From positions 34,100,001-34,164,000 of the forward strand of contig OX597820.1 of the NCBI GenBank assembly GCA_951406725.2: DNA of 64,000 bases, read 5' to 3'. The notes below the pieces were generated by a model. The model was given only the letters and a program-made list of their open reading frames with translations. It ran no database searches and was not told the origin of the DNA. How positions within the stretch are numbered: the first letter of the stretch is position 1; each line of letters opens with the position of its first letter. The stretch comes from Octopus vulgaris (lineage: Eukaryota). A program made the position numbers and the translations under genes. Of this stretch, positions 52,036-64,000 are shown in pieces.

Positions 52036-52478
52036 CCCAGGAAAGGGGGTTTTCTGCCCACAGGGACCCCATTACTCATTATGTGAAAAATTTCAAAAGT
52101 CTAAAACCATCCCTGGATCGTAAGTAATGTATGTTCCCAGTTTGGAGAAAATCAGTTGTGAAGTTCAGAAGTTATGCGGGTTTACACACACACACTTCCT
52201 CAGTTTTATATATATAAGAGGTAGAGAAATTAACATAAGTATGTCATCAAGAGTAATGTCCCTTGAACCAATGAAGTAACCAAGTTATGCAATCATTCGG
52301 AATGTTTACCCAGGAAAGGGGGTTTTCTGCCCCCCAGGGGCCCCATTACTCATTATGTGAAAAATTTTATGAGTCTAAAACCATTTCTGGAACATAAGTA
52401 ATTGAGAAAATCAGTTGTGAACTTCATAAGTTATGTGCGTTTGCACACACACACACATCCTCAGTTATATATATATAT
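52036..52478 (+). repeat. Direct ~180-bp duplication, possibly a non-autonomous Helitron-like dimer
   Basis: 52036-52216 and 52309-52478 both run CCCAGGAAAGGGGGTTTTCTGCCC...GAGAAAATCAGTTGTGAA...(CA)n..CCTCAGTT(TA)n. Confidence 0.7.
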
Positions 52479-52979
52479 CTGTGTTTGTTTCCCATCACTG
52501 CTTGATAACCAGTGTTGGTGTGTTTAAATCCCCATAACTTAGCAGTTCAGCAAAAGAGACCAATAGAATAAGTACTAGGCTTTAAAAAAAGTCCTAGGAT
52601 TGATTTGGTCAATTAAAAAATCCCTTCAAGGTGGTACTCTAGCATGGCCACAATCAAAAATATATGTGTGTGTGTGTGTGTGTGTGTGTTTGTGTACATA
52701 TAATATCATCATTTTAACGCTCACATTTCCATGCTTGCATCAAGCATCAAATGGAATTTGTCCAAGTAGATTTTTCTTATTGCTGGATGCCTTTCCTGTC
52801 ACCAAGCCTCACTTGTTTACAAGTACAATATTATTTCCCTTTGATCATACTGTTGCATCTCTTACATGTCCAAAGCTTGCACTGAGTACAACGTATGGAG
52901 CTTCTTCTTATATACTGAGGAGGGTCATCTCTCAGAAGGGGCTTCTGAATTGTCTGTTTTCCTACTTACTAGGGCTTTG

Positions 52980-54365
52980 GCTTTTGCTAAATTAACTCTA
53001 AGGGCCTTAGATTCCAGGCCTTGCTTCCATACCTGAAATTTCTTCTCTAGGTCAGGTAGTGATTCAGCTATGAGAACAAGGTCATCAGTATAGAGGGGCT
53101 CCCAAGGGCAGCTGGTCTTGAATTTCTCTGTTAACGCTTGGAGGACTTAAGATAAACAAGAGAGTGCAGAGAAGAGATCCTTGATGAATTCCTACCTGTA
53201 CACTGAAGTCATGCTATACTCATTGCCAACCATCACTTTACTGGCAGCATCCCTGTACATGGCTTATACAGCTCTCACTAACTACTCATTTATCCCTAGC
53301 TTCTGCATTAATTGCTAGATAAGGGAGAAGGGGACCCTGACAAAGGCTTTTTCCATGTCAACAAAAGCCAAGTACAGAGGTTTATTTTTGGCTAAGTACT
53401 TCTGCAATTGCCTAACCAGGAAAATAGCATCAATTGTGCTTCTACTTGGCACAAATCCAAACTGCATCTCATCTACACTAACTCTTCTTGATTAATTGAA
53501 CTATGATTCTTTCTGTGACTTTCATCATCTGGTCCAGCAATTTGATGCCTTTGTAATCATTTCTTTCTAAAGCATCACCTTTAACTTTGAAGCAGTTGAC
53601 TATAATGCTGCTACACCAATCATTAGGTATGACTCCTTCATGGACAACCTAGTTAACTATATGGGTGACTAGGCCATATCCCACTCTGCCAGATATTCTA
53701 AGCCTCTCAGAGGTGATTCCTGATGGGCCAGGGGCTTTCCCTGTCTTCATAACCTTAATTGCATTATCTACCAAGCTACTGCTGATCTGGATAGCTGGCC
53801 CCTCAGTTGGGTCTACATTAGGCAGACTCTCCTTCTCCCATAAATTCTTTATCTTTAGTAACCTTTCATAATGGCATTTCCAAGCCTCTTTCTTTGGAGA
53901 ATCACTAAATGTAAGCGAGCCATCTCCATGTGGACACATTTCTCTGTAACATCACAATTTTCTCTCACACATCACCTTACAATCTGAAACACTTCAAGTC
54001 TTTGGTCCTCAGGTTGCAGAACATTAGCAAACTTCTTTTCTGCTTCTCCCCTGACTAAATATACTTGTCTCCTAGCCTCCCTTCTGGTTATTTGAAACAG
54101 TTCCCTGCTACCACCACATTTCCAGTCTTTCCAGATCTGTTTCTTTGCTCTAATGGCCCTGCCAACTATTCCAGCACCATGTCACTTCAGGTCAAGAAAG
54201 GACTTTGCACCAGCTCCAAATTTGGTCAGTGGCCCTCAACAGGGTGTCCTGTAGGAACCTCCAGTTGTCCTCCATGTTACATGTTATTACATCCTCCTCA
54301 TTTTCATCAGATACTTCACATAATATATCTCTAACCATTCAGAGGATCCTTAAGCCTTAGACCTT
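52980..54365 (-). mobile_element. RTE-clade LINE reverse transcriptase fragment, decayed
   Basis: KEAWKCHYERLL, MKTGKAPGPSGI, IPNDW, YKGIKLL, EMQFGFVP.RSTIDAIF, AFVDMEKAF, GIHQGS and YTDD (53081-53092, YADD motif), with several stops and frameshifts. Confidence 0.93.
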
Positions 54366-54420
54366 TCTTTTACATACACACACGCAAACTTGTTTGTGTG
54401 TGTACATATGTAAGGATATA

Positions 54421-54464
<44 letters not shown>

Positions 54465-54910
54465 AAGTACAGATGTATGTGGTTAAGAGGCTTGCTTTAC
54501 AACCACATGGTTTGGTTACAAGTTCAGTCCCTCGGTGCAGCAACTTGGTCAAGTTTCTTCTACTACAGCCTCAGGTTAACCAAAGGCTTTTGAATGGATT
54601 TGAGAGACAAACACTGAAAGAAACCTGTTGTATGTGTCTGTGTCTGTGTGTTTGTGTGTCTGTGTGTGTCTGTATTTGTCTGGATATCACATGATCATCG
54701 TAAATGAGCTTCACCGTCATACAAGCAATGTTATTGGTTTCCAATCTTCCATGAGAAACATATCTGACCATGGGAAAATGTCAGCTTATGTAGTACGACA
54801 TGATGGTTGGCAACAGGAATGGCATCCAGCTGTAGATCTGACTCAATTTTACCTGACCTATACAAGCATGGAAAATTGGATGTTAAATGATGATGATGAA
54901 AATGATTTGC

Positions 54911-54956
<46 letters not shown>

Positions 54957-54957
54957 G

Positions 54958-54995
<38 letters not shown>

Positions 54996-55006
54996 TAGAG
55001 AAAGAG

Positions 55007-55200
55007 TATTTCTTTATTCACCATAAGGTTGAGGAAAAGAGGGGACGATACGAGGACAGACAAAACAAACATTGGGGTCAGGGTATCGAATGAGACGAAA
55101 TGTATGAATAAACAAACAATTAAAATATATACAATTAAATGAGAATGAGTGATAAACAAAAAATGAAGCGGAGGACATGGTCGACCCCACAAACCACATA
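55007..55200 (-). mobile_element. Candidate LINE 3' UTR end homologous to the SINE B short tail
   Basis: Minus strand ends TTTGTCTGTCCTCGTATCGTCCCCTCTTTTCCTCAACCTTATGGTGAATAAAGAAATA and abuts (TC)n. Confidence 0.55.
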
Positions 55201-55708
55201 CTCACACTGAAAACTTTGCTTTCTCCTTTTTTATATTCTCGTTTAAACAGGTTCTTTCACTCGCAACATACTTGCTATATACTTCCATCATGGAAAGACA
55301 CACACACACACACAGAAATACAAGATTGAATGTTATACATGTACACGCATACATTCCTTCAAACATACATACATATATGTAATAATAAACACAAGATTGA
55401 AAACACACACACACAGGCATATAATCAGATATGTATATACACATACACACATATATGTCTGCATATGCAGGAAAGCTGCCAAAGTCCATGATTGCATATG
55501 GTATTTTTAAATCAAGCTAAATCTTTATTTCAGGGTGCATCTAATATGAATGCACACCCGTGAATGAGTGCATCTGTATGCATGTGTAGGTAGGCAAGCA
55601 TGCAGAAGTATATGTAAGTATACATATCTGTATGTATATGTGTATGTATGTGAATGTATGTATACCTGTATTTATGTATCTGTATATGTGGTTGTGTGAG
55701 CACTTGTA

Positions 55709-55901
55709 TACGGGTAAAAGAAAATACAGGAGGATGAGTTAATTGTGATTTTCTTCAACATATCTCCCCTTCAGATTGACACACTTATTGCAATAGTCCT
55801 TCAGTTTTTCTAAGCCCTGTAAAAGAATTCGGAAGTTTGGGCCTCCAACCAGGTCTTTCTTGACACCCTTAAAGCTAGAAACTTTTCAGTAACCCCTCAT
55901 A
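55709..55901. mobile_element. Mariner-derived MITE fragment
   Basis: Ends ACTTTTCAGTAACCCCTCA|TA. A partial second copy lies at 56421-56501. Confidence 0.55.
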
Positions 55902-55929
55902 TATGTGTATGCATATCTCTTCTATTTTT

Positions 55930-56186
55930 TTAATTATTATAAATCATGCACTGAGGAGGGAGCTGCAATCCAGCAAAGATGCAAGGCTCCATCTTTGGGA
56001 TGAAGTTAACACAGACAAATTCACATTTGGAACTTGAGAAAAGTCTTGCATATTTTTACTGTTCCACTCACAGGTTGCACTTGTTAAAATTAGCTGGTCG
56101 ATTTCCCTTTCTGAAAATCCCAGTTTATCCAGATTCTCCCTTAAGCATTTACTAACAAAACCTAGTGCTCCAATTATTATTGGTAT
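55930..56186 (-). mobile_element. R4/Dong-like LINE 3' end
   Basis: FIPIIIGALGFVSKCLRENLDKLGFSEREIDQLI...SGTVKICKTFLKFQM*, followed by a short UTR and an A-rich end. Confidence 0.75.
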
Positions 56187-58696
56187 GAATGTATGTATGA
56201 ATGTATGTATGTTTGTATGTGTGTGTGTGTGTGAATATATATATATATACATGGTGGAAGTGATCTCATAACTGAGTAAGGCTAATTTATAAACTCAGTA
56301 AATCTGTCCTAACATGCTGAGTCAAAGAATTTGCTGTGTGTGAATTTCTTTTGAGTAGATTAAATGTTACACAGCATTGAACTCACTTTTCAGTGCAACC
56401 AACTTATAAAACCAGTAGCACTGTAAAAGAACTCAGAAGGGTTAACCTCCAGCCAGGCCTTTTGCGATACCCTTAAAGTCAACAACTTTTCAGCACCTCT
56501 CAAATGCATAAGTGCACTGTTTAGTGTAGGCACCTATACTTGCATATGCATGTATATATACCTCTGTGTGCATGTATGTAAATGTACCTGTGTATATGTT
56601 TGTGCACATGGGTATGCATATATGCACTTTTTGTGTACATGTGAGTGCAGCTGTACTTTTATATGCAATGAGTACCTGTCTGTGCATTTAGCTGCATAAG
56701 TACATATTTGCATTTTTATGTTCATATATGTGTCACTATGTATAAATGCTTGCATGCATGTATATGCGTATGTACATGTGCAGCTGTATGTGTCTGTGCA
56801 CCCATAACTACATATATATATACCTGTATATGTGTGTGCATGTGCAGTTGTTTGTTAGTATAGGAGTACATATATCTATAGATGGATGGATGGATGGATG
56901 GATGGGTGGATAGATGGATAGATAGATAGATAGATAGATAGATGCATGTGTGTGTGTATGTGTAGTTGTTTGTATGGATGTGTATGTCTACATCAATGTT
57001 TGCATGCATCATCATCATCATCATCATCGTTTAACGTCCGTTTTCTGCACTAGCACGGGTTGGACGGTTCGACCGGGGTCTGGGAAGCCAGGGGCTGCAC
57101 CAGGCTCCAGTCTGATCTGGCAGTGTTTCTACAGCTGGATGCCCTTCCTAACGCCAACCACTCCGCGAGTGTAGTGGGTGCTTTTTACATGCCACCGGCA
57201 CAGGTGACAGGGGAGTCTGGCATCGGCCACGATCGGTTGGTGCTTGTGTGTAATTGCCTGCATGTGTGTGTGTGTGTGTGTGTGCAAGACTGTGGTGAGT
57301 TAGGAGAGAGTGCAGGAGAGTTAAGGCAGGAGACTGGGGTGATGGTGATGGATAGTAAAGGAGGTAAGATGGGGTGGGGAGGGCTTGTGAAAGGCACGTA
57401 TAGGGTGTGTTTGGTTGAAGGTGATGATGGTGGGGGTCCTGGTAGAGGTGGTGGTGATGGTAGTGACAGATAGGATAGACTTGTCGATGTGGGGACAGGT
57501 AGTTGTGGTAGCAGTATCAGTGAGGATCCCTAAAGCACTGGTGGTGGTAGTAGATGTAGTACTGCTGTAGTAGTGACAGTTATGGTGATAGTGATGGGAA
57601 TGGTAAGGCGGCGAGAGAGAAGCGACTTCAATTAGGGGAGAGAGAGAGGTTATAGGGTAGTGATGGTGGAGGCAGTGATAGAGTTTGTAATTGAGAGTAG
57701 TTGTAAGTGGTGAAGATGGGAGTGGTTTGGGTTAAGGGAGGGAATTTTGAAACACTCTCCCTTCCCCAACTACAGTGATTCAGATGGTGATGGTGGTGGT
57801 GGTGGTGATGATGTTAGTAACACTAACAGTGGTGAAGGTAGGAGGCTGCTGCTGCTGATAATGATGATGCCTTGTCTGAGGGTGGGAGGTGAGTGCCGAC
57901 AGTAGTGGGAGCAGTACCAGAGTGTTTGTTGGCAATGATTTCTTTCTTGTTGCTAATGTTGTTTATGCGGGTTTATTGATGTTGAGGATATGAGAGGTGA
58001 GGGTATGCAGTTTGGATATATGATGTTCTTATTTTTATTATTGTAGAGATGGTGGTGGTGGTAGTGGTGGCAGTGGTAGTGTTTTATGGTTGGTTGATAA
58101 GCATGTGAGATACTAGTTTGTGTATGTGCACATGTGATGTGTGGGGTACTTTAGTGAGGTGTTGTGTAATGTATGTGTGCGTGTGTGAGAAAGAGAAAGT
58201 GAGAGTGTGTGTGTGTGTGTATATGTTTGTATGTGTATATGTCAGTATATGTGGGTAGGTGGACTAGACTGCATGCAGTACTCATGTGCCTATATGGAGT
58301 GTCAGTGACCGTTTTTTTTTTAAAGTTTGAAAACAACCGGCAAAGAGCAAGCAGCGGAGAACAGGACAAGCTAAACCAATGAACAAGACGCATGCTTGTT
58401 TCTGTTTGTATATGTATGTATATATGCATGTAACCTGGCTGTGTGGTAAGAAGTTTGCTACCCAACCATATTGTTCTGGGTTCAGTCCTGCAATAGGACA
58501 CCTTGGGCAAGTGTCTTCTACTATAGCCTTACACCAACCAAAGCCTTGAGTGGGTTTGGAAGACAGAATCTGAAAGAAGCCCACTGTGTCTGTGTATATA
58601 TGTGTATATATATATATACTTACAACTTTTAATAAAATGTTGTAGTGCAAAACAATTGTACCAAATTACCGGAGTCATTCTTGTTGCTTATTTTTG

Positions 58697-58736
<40 letters not shown>

Positions 58737-59307
58737 GGTGGAATATGTATGTATGTGCTTGTTTGTGTTTACCCCCATTCCCTCTGCTTGACAACTGATG
58801 TAGGTTTGTTTATATCCCCATAACTCAGCAAATTGCCATAAGAAACCAACTTTAAAATAAGTTCTGGGTGTTGATGTGTCCAGCTTAAACTCTCAAAGAC
58901 GCTGCTCCAGCAAGGCCACAGTCCAATGATTTGATTAAGTAAAAAGATGAAAGATTATATGCACACACACACACACACACAATTTGTATGCTCATTAAAT
59001 ATCAAATTTTACGTTATAATTTTCATAATTGTCCTAAGACCAGCAACATGTAAAAGACAAAGTTTCTGGCAGGATAGGTAAGACATAAATTTGCCAAGTA
59101 AACCCTAACAAATGCAGAAGGTAATGTGTGCCTCCAAATAACTTTCAGAAGAATTGATATCTTTTAATAAAATTTTCTATAAATATCTTTATGATCACAT
59201 GGGAGTTTAATGTCAAACAAAAAAGTGGTGGGTGCACACCTAAACATACTTGTACTCATCTCTTGAAAGTTATGAGGAAATAAAGTCTAGGAGGCATATT
59301 TGTGTGG

Positions 59308-59347
<40 letters not shown>

Positions 59348-59349
<2 letters not shown>

Positions 59350-60487
59350 GGAGAAAAACTAGAAGTAGTTGATAGCTTCCTTTATCTAGGTGACCAAATC
59401 AGTAGTGGTGGAGGGTGCATTGAAAGTGTAGCTGCTAGAATAAGGATAGCTTGGGCAAAGTTCAGAGAGCTCTTACCTCTGCTGGTGACAAAGGGCCTGT
59501 GTGGTGTATGTGTACGAACAGCCATGCTACACGGCAGTGAAACATGGGCTGTGACTGCTGAGGTTATGCGTAAGCTCGCAAGGAATGAAGCCAGTATGAT
59601 CCGATGGATGTGTAATGTTAGTGTGCATACTCAACAGAGTGTAAGTACCTTGAGAGAAAAGTTGGACCTAAGAAGCATTAGATGTGGTGTGCAAGAGAGA
59701 CGACTGCGTTGGTAAGGTCATGTGGTGAGAATGGATGAGGATAGCTGTGTGAAAAAGTGCCACACCCTAGCCGTTGAGGAAACCTGTGGAAGAGGTAGAC
59801 ACAGGAAGACCTGGGATGAAGTGGTGAAACACGACCTTCGAACATTAGGCCTCACCAAGGAAATGACTAGTGACCGAGACCTTTCGAAATATGCTGTGCT
59901 CGAGAAGACCCGGCAAGCCAGATGAAACCATGACTCGTGGCTTATGCCAGGAACATAACCAGCCCGCTTATGCGTAGCTTTTCCTTCTTTGGTCACTAAA
60001 CTTTGCTTGCGAAGACCTATTGTGGCAAGTGAAATCAAAATCAAATCAAAATCTTTTCGATGACTGGCATCCATGCTAGCGGGGTGCGAAGAGCACCATA
60101 AGAGTGTGATCATTGACAGAGAGGCTATTCGAGTATGATCGTTACCAGCGTCGCCTTACTGGCACTTATGCCTGTGCTAGGGTGCCAAGAACACCATCTG
60201 AGCGTGATCATTGTCAGAGCAGCCAACTGGCTTCCGTACCTGTGGCACATAAGAGGGCACCATTCGAGTGTGATTGTTACCGTCACTTCACTGGTCCCCG
60301 TGCAGGTGGCACGTAAAAAGCACCCACTACACTCTCGGAGTGGTTGGCGTTAGGAAGGGCATCAAGCTATAGAAACTCTGCCAGATCAAGACCGGAGCCT
60401 GGTGCAGCCATCTGGCTGCCAGCCCTCGGTCAAAACCGTCCAACCCATGCTAGCATGGAAAATGGACGTTAAATGATGATGATGATG
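59348..60487 (+). mobile_element. RTE-clade LINE 3' portion (ORF C-terminus, 3' UTR and (TGA)n tail)
   Basis: GEKLEVVDSFLYLGDQI...RIRIAWAKFREL...AMLHGSETW...RRLRW*GHVVRM...GRGRHRKTW, then the UTR shared with the many short copies in the window. Confidence 0.93.
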
Positions 60488-60509
60488 ATATATATATATA
60501 TATATATAT

Positions 60510-61342
<833 letters not shown>

Positions 61343-61469
61343 GTATATATATATATATATATATATACACTAATTTATAATTATATTAAACACGCTAGAA
61401 ATATATATATATATATATATATTCTGCATTAAATGAAGAAGCAGTGATGAATGAAAATTCTGTAAATAA

Positions 61470-62038
61470 TAATAATCCTTTCTTCTAAAAGCACAAGGCC
61501 TGAAATTTGGGTGAAGGGGACTAGTCTATTACATCAACCCCAGTCTTTCAGTGATACTTAATTTATCGACCCCGAAAGGATGAAAGTCAACTCAACCTCA
61601 GCAGAATTTGAACTCAGCATGGTAACGATTCTGCCAACTCGCTGCTTTAATAATAATAATCCTTTCTACTGGAAGCACAAGGCCTGAAATTTGGGGGAAG
61701 TGATTAAGTCGATTACATCGACCCCAGTGTGTAACAGGTACTTATTTAATCGACCCCGAAAGTACGAAAGGCAAAGTTGACTCAGAACATAACGGCAGAT
61801 GAAATACCTATTTCTTTACTACCTACAAGGGGCTAAATACAGAAGGGACAAACAAGGACACAAACACGGATTAAGTCGATTACATCGACGCCAGGGCGTA
61901 ACTGGTACTTATTTAATCGACCCCGAAAGGATGAAAGGCGAAGTCGACCTCGGCGGAATTTGAACTCAGAACGTAGCGGCAGATGAAATACCACTAAGCA
62001 TTTCGCCCGGCGTGCTAACGAAGCTGCCAGCTCGCTGC

Positions 62039-62040
<2 letters not shown>
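61470..62040 (-). mobile_element. Cluster of SINE family B copies in (TAA)n, one nested
   Basis: Three cores, with the junction GAAATACC|TATTTCTTT at 61801-61817. Confidence 0.9.
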
Positions 62041-62121
<81 letters not shown>

Positions 62122-64000
62122 AATAATGGTAATAATAATAATAATAATAATTATTATTATTATTAAAATAATAATAATTTCTTTACTGACCACAATAATA
62201 ATAATCTTAAAGCTCATAAGCGATCACTTTGGTTAACGAAAACAGTCTAATATTGTGGGATATAAGCTCTCAACGAAAAAATATGGGAATCGAACCACAT
62301 CTCATACAATCGCGATAAGTGTGCTAACCGATTGCAGCAACCTACCCACTTTAAACTTATAATTATTATTTGCAGAATATGCATGTGTGTGTGCACAGAT
62401 ATATACTTACATACGTACAATATATATCATATTACATATAGTGTTAGTTAGATGCAGTATCGGACCAGATTTACATAAGAACGATATACAGAATTTTTGT
62501 TTTTCGTTTGTTTGTTTGTTTGTTTTTTTTTTTGTTTTTTTTTTGCTAAGAGTTGGTGATGTGGGATAGAAGCCTTCAAACTACTCTCGCATTATTTGCA
62601 ATCGATATCGATTAGTCAAGCAATCAATCAAATTACTCAGACATAAAGCGTATATATGTTAACCACATACATTCTCATACACACATATAGATAGATAGAT
62701 TTAGATATATGCGAACATGTAGATGTATATATATGTATATATATATATATATATTAAAATTAGGGGTTGTTTGGTGAAGCATTACACACACAGCACATAC
62801 ATAAAGACGTAAATACATACGTACGTGTATTTATATACGTGTGCAAATGAGAAATTTTTATAGGGCGGGAAATTAGCATTAACAGTAATGACAAGCAAAA
62901 TTCTTTGCAAAATTTATTTACGGCTTTTCAATCGAAGTTCAAATCCTACTGATACCAACTTTGTTGCTTTTTCCTTCCGGGTTCTCTAAAATAAAATACC
63001 AGCCAAGTACCATGTTGGAATTAATCGACATTTTGCCCCACCATCATACTTACGAGGCCTCGTGCTTACATCAGAAATTCATACTTATCTGAGCGTACCG
63101 TAGCTGTTTGATGTGTTGTGTATGTATATACACACACACACTTACATAGAAAGATATGTGAAATGTTTATATATGTGCGTATCTATCTATCGATTGGTAA
63201 ATAGATGAGTGTGATAAGTGGGTATATATATAAATAAATCTGATGATTGTACATAAAGATAAATAGATTTTCGTCATCATTTGATGTATATGTGTGTATA
63301 TATGTATTTATTTATATACCTTTCGAAATACATTGGTAAAATATAAACAATACATATATGTATGACTGTGCGTGTACATATGCAAAATATATGTATGTAT
63401 ATACACAGGTGCGTTTTTGTATGTACTTTATATGTAAGTGTGGATTGGTGTGTATATGCGGGCTTCACCTATAGATATATGTTTGACGATCTTTTACTAT
63501 GTTCTTAATTAGTGCCTGTAAATGTTTTAATCACACGTGTTACGTACATCTAAACTCACTCACACGCATGTACTTATACAAGCTTACGAATTTAAACGAC
63601 CTGAATATTCAGTAAACAGTGAAAATGAGACAGGTGAAAAAATTGCGAAAATATGGTCTGCTCGACACGACAGAAGGAAGAATAGCAGAAAATAAAAAAG
63701 GAAGGGGATTGCGAACGTTAACATACGTTTCGGTGATGCTACAAATCTAAATGAAATATATACAAACCGAGATACTAGTGGGATATTAAGTTCTGAAATA
63801 GTGAATAATACTGTTAATAATAATTAAATTATATATATATATATATATATAATATAAAAAGTTAGAGGGTGCTTCTTTTTCGGATTTGTTCTACCGACGA
63901 TGTATATATAAATTGCCACGAGGGAAACAAATGTTAGACAAAATACAAAATGAAACTAAAAAATAGAGGCAATGTTTTCTAATACAGGTACAAGAAAGAT

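Noticed and set aside
55215-55300. Strong plus-strand splice acceptor TTCTCGTTTAAACAG
   Set aside because: No donor before the sequence runs into (CA)n, and no recognisable peptide.
52980-60487. One intact or active RTE element
   Set aside because: The two fragments are on opposite strands, 5 kb apart, with stops and frameshifts.

Overview
Eukaryotic, repeat-saturated, non-coding DNA. I infer an Octopus-like coleoid cephalopod genome from the SINE families and the extreme microsatellite density; this is recognised from memory, not searched. No intact cellular gene, rRNA, tRNA gene or CRISPR array can be supported, and most listed ORFs are microsatellite or SINE artefacts. The window holds four tRNA-headed SINE families (my labels A-D), many of them nested. 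It also holds decayed RTE and R4/Dong-like LINE fragments, a Penelope-type GIY-YIG fragment, several Tc1/mariner relics, hAT-like and piggyBac-like MITEs, and three minisatellites. The best leads are: (1) short non-coding elements that sit in (TA)n tracts and carry type I hammerhead ribozyme folds, one essentially canonical (36287-36337, minus strand) and five with a shared A6U core variant; (2) a SINE subfamily that repeatedly inserts into copies of its own family at GGTATTT or AGAAA sites, with a candidate partner LINE 3' end at about 55.0 kb; (3) a pair of homologous unique ~120-bp islands 34 kb apart. Coordinates were read by eye and may be off by a few bases.
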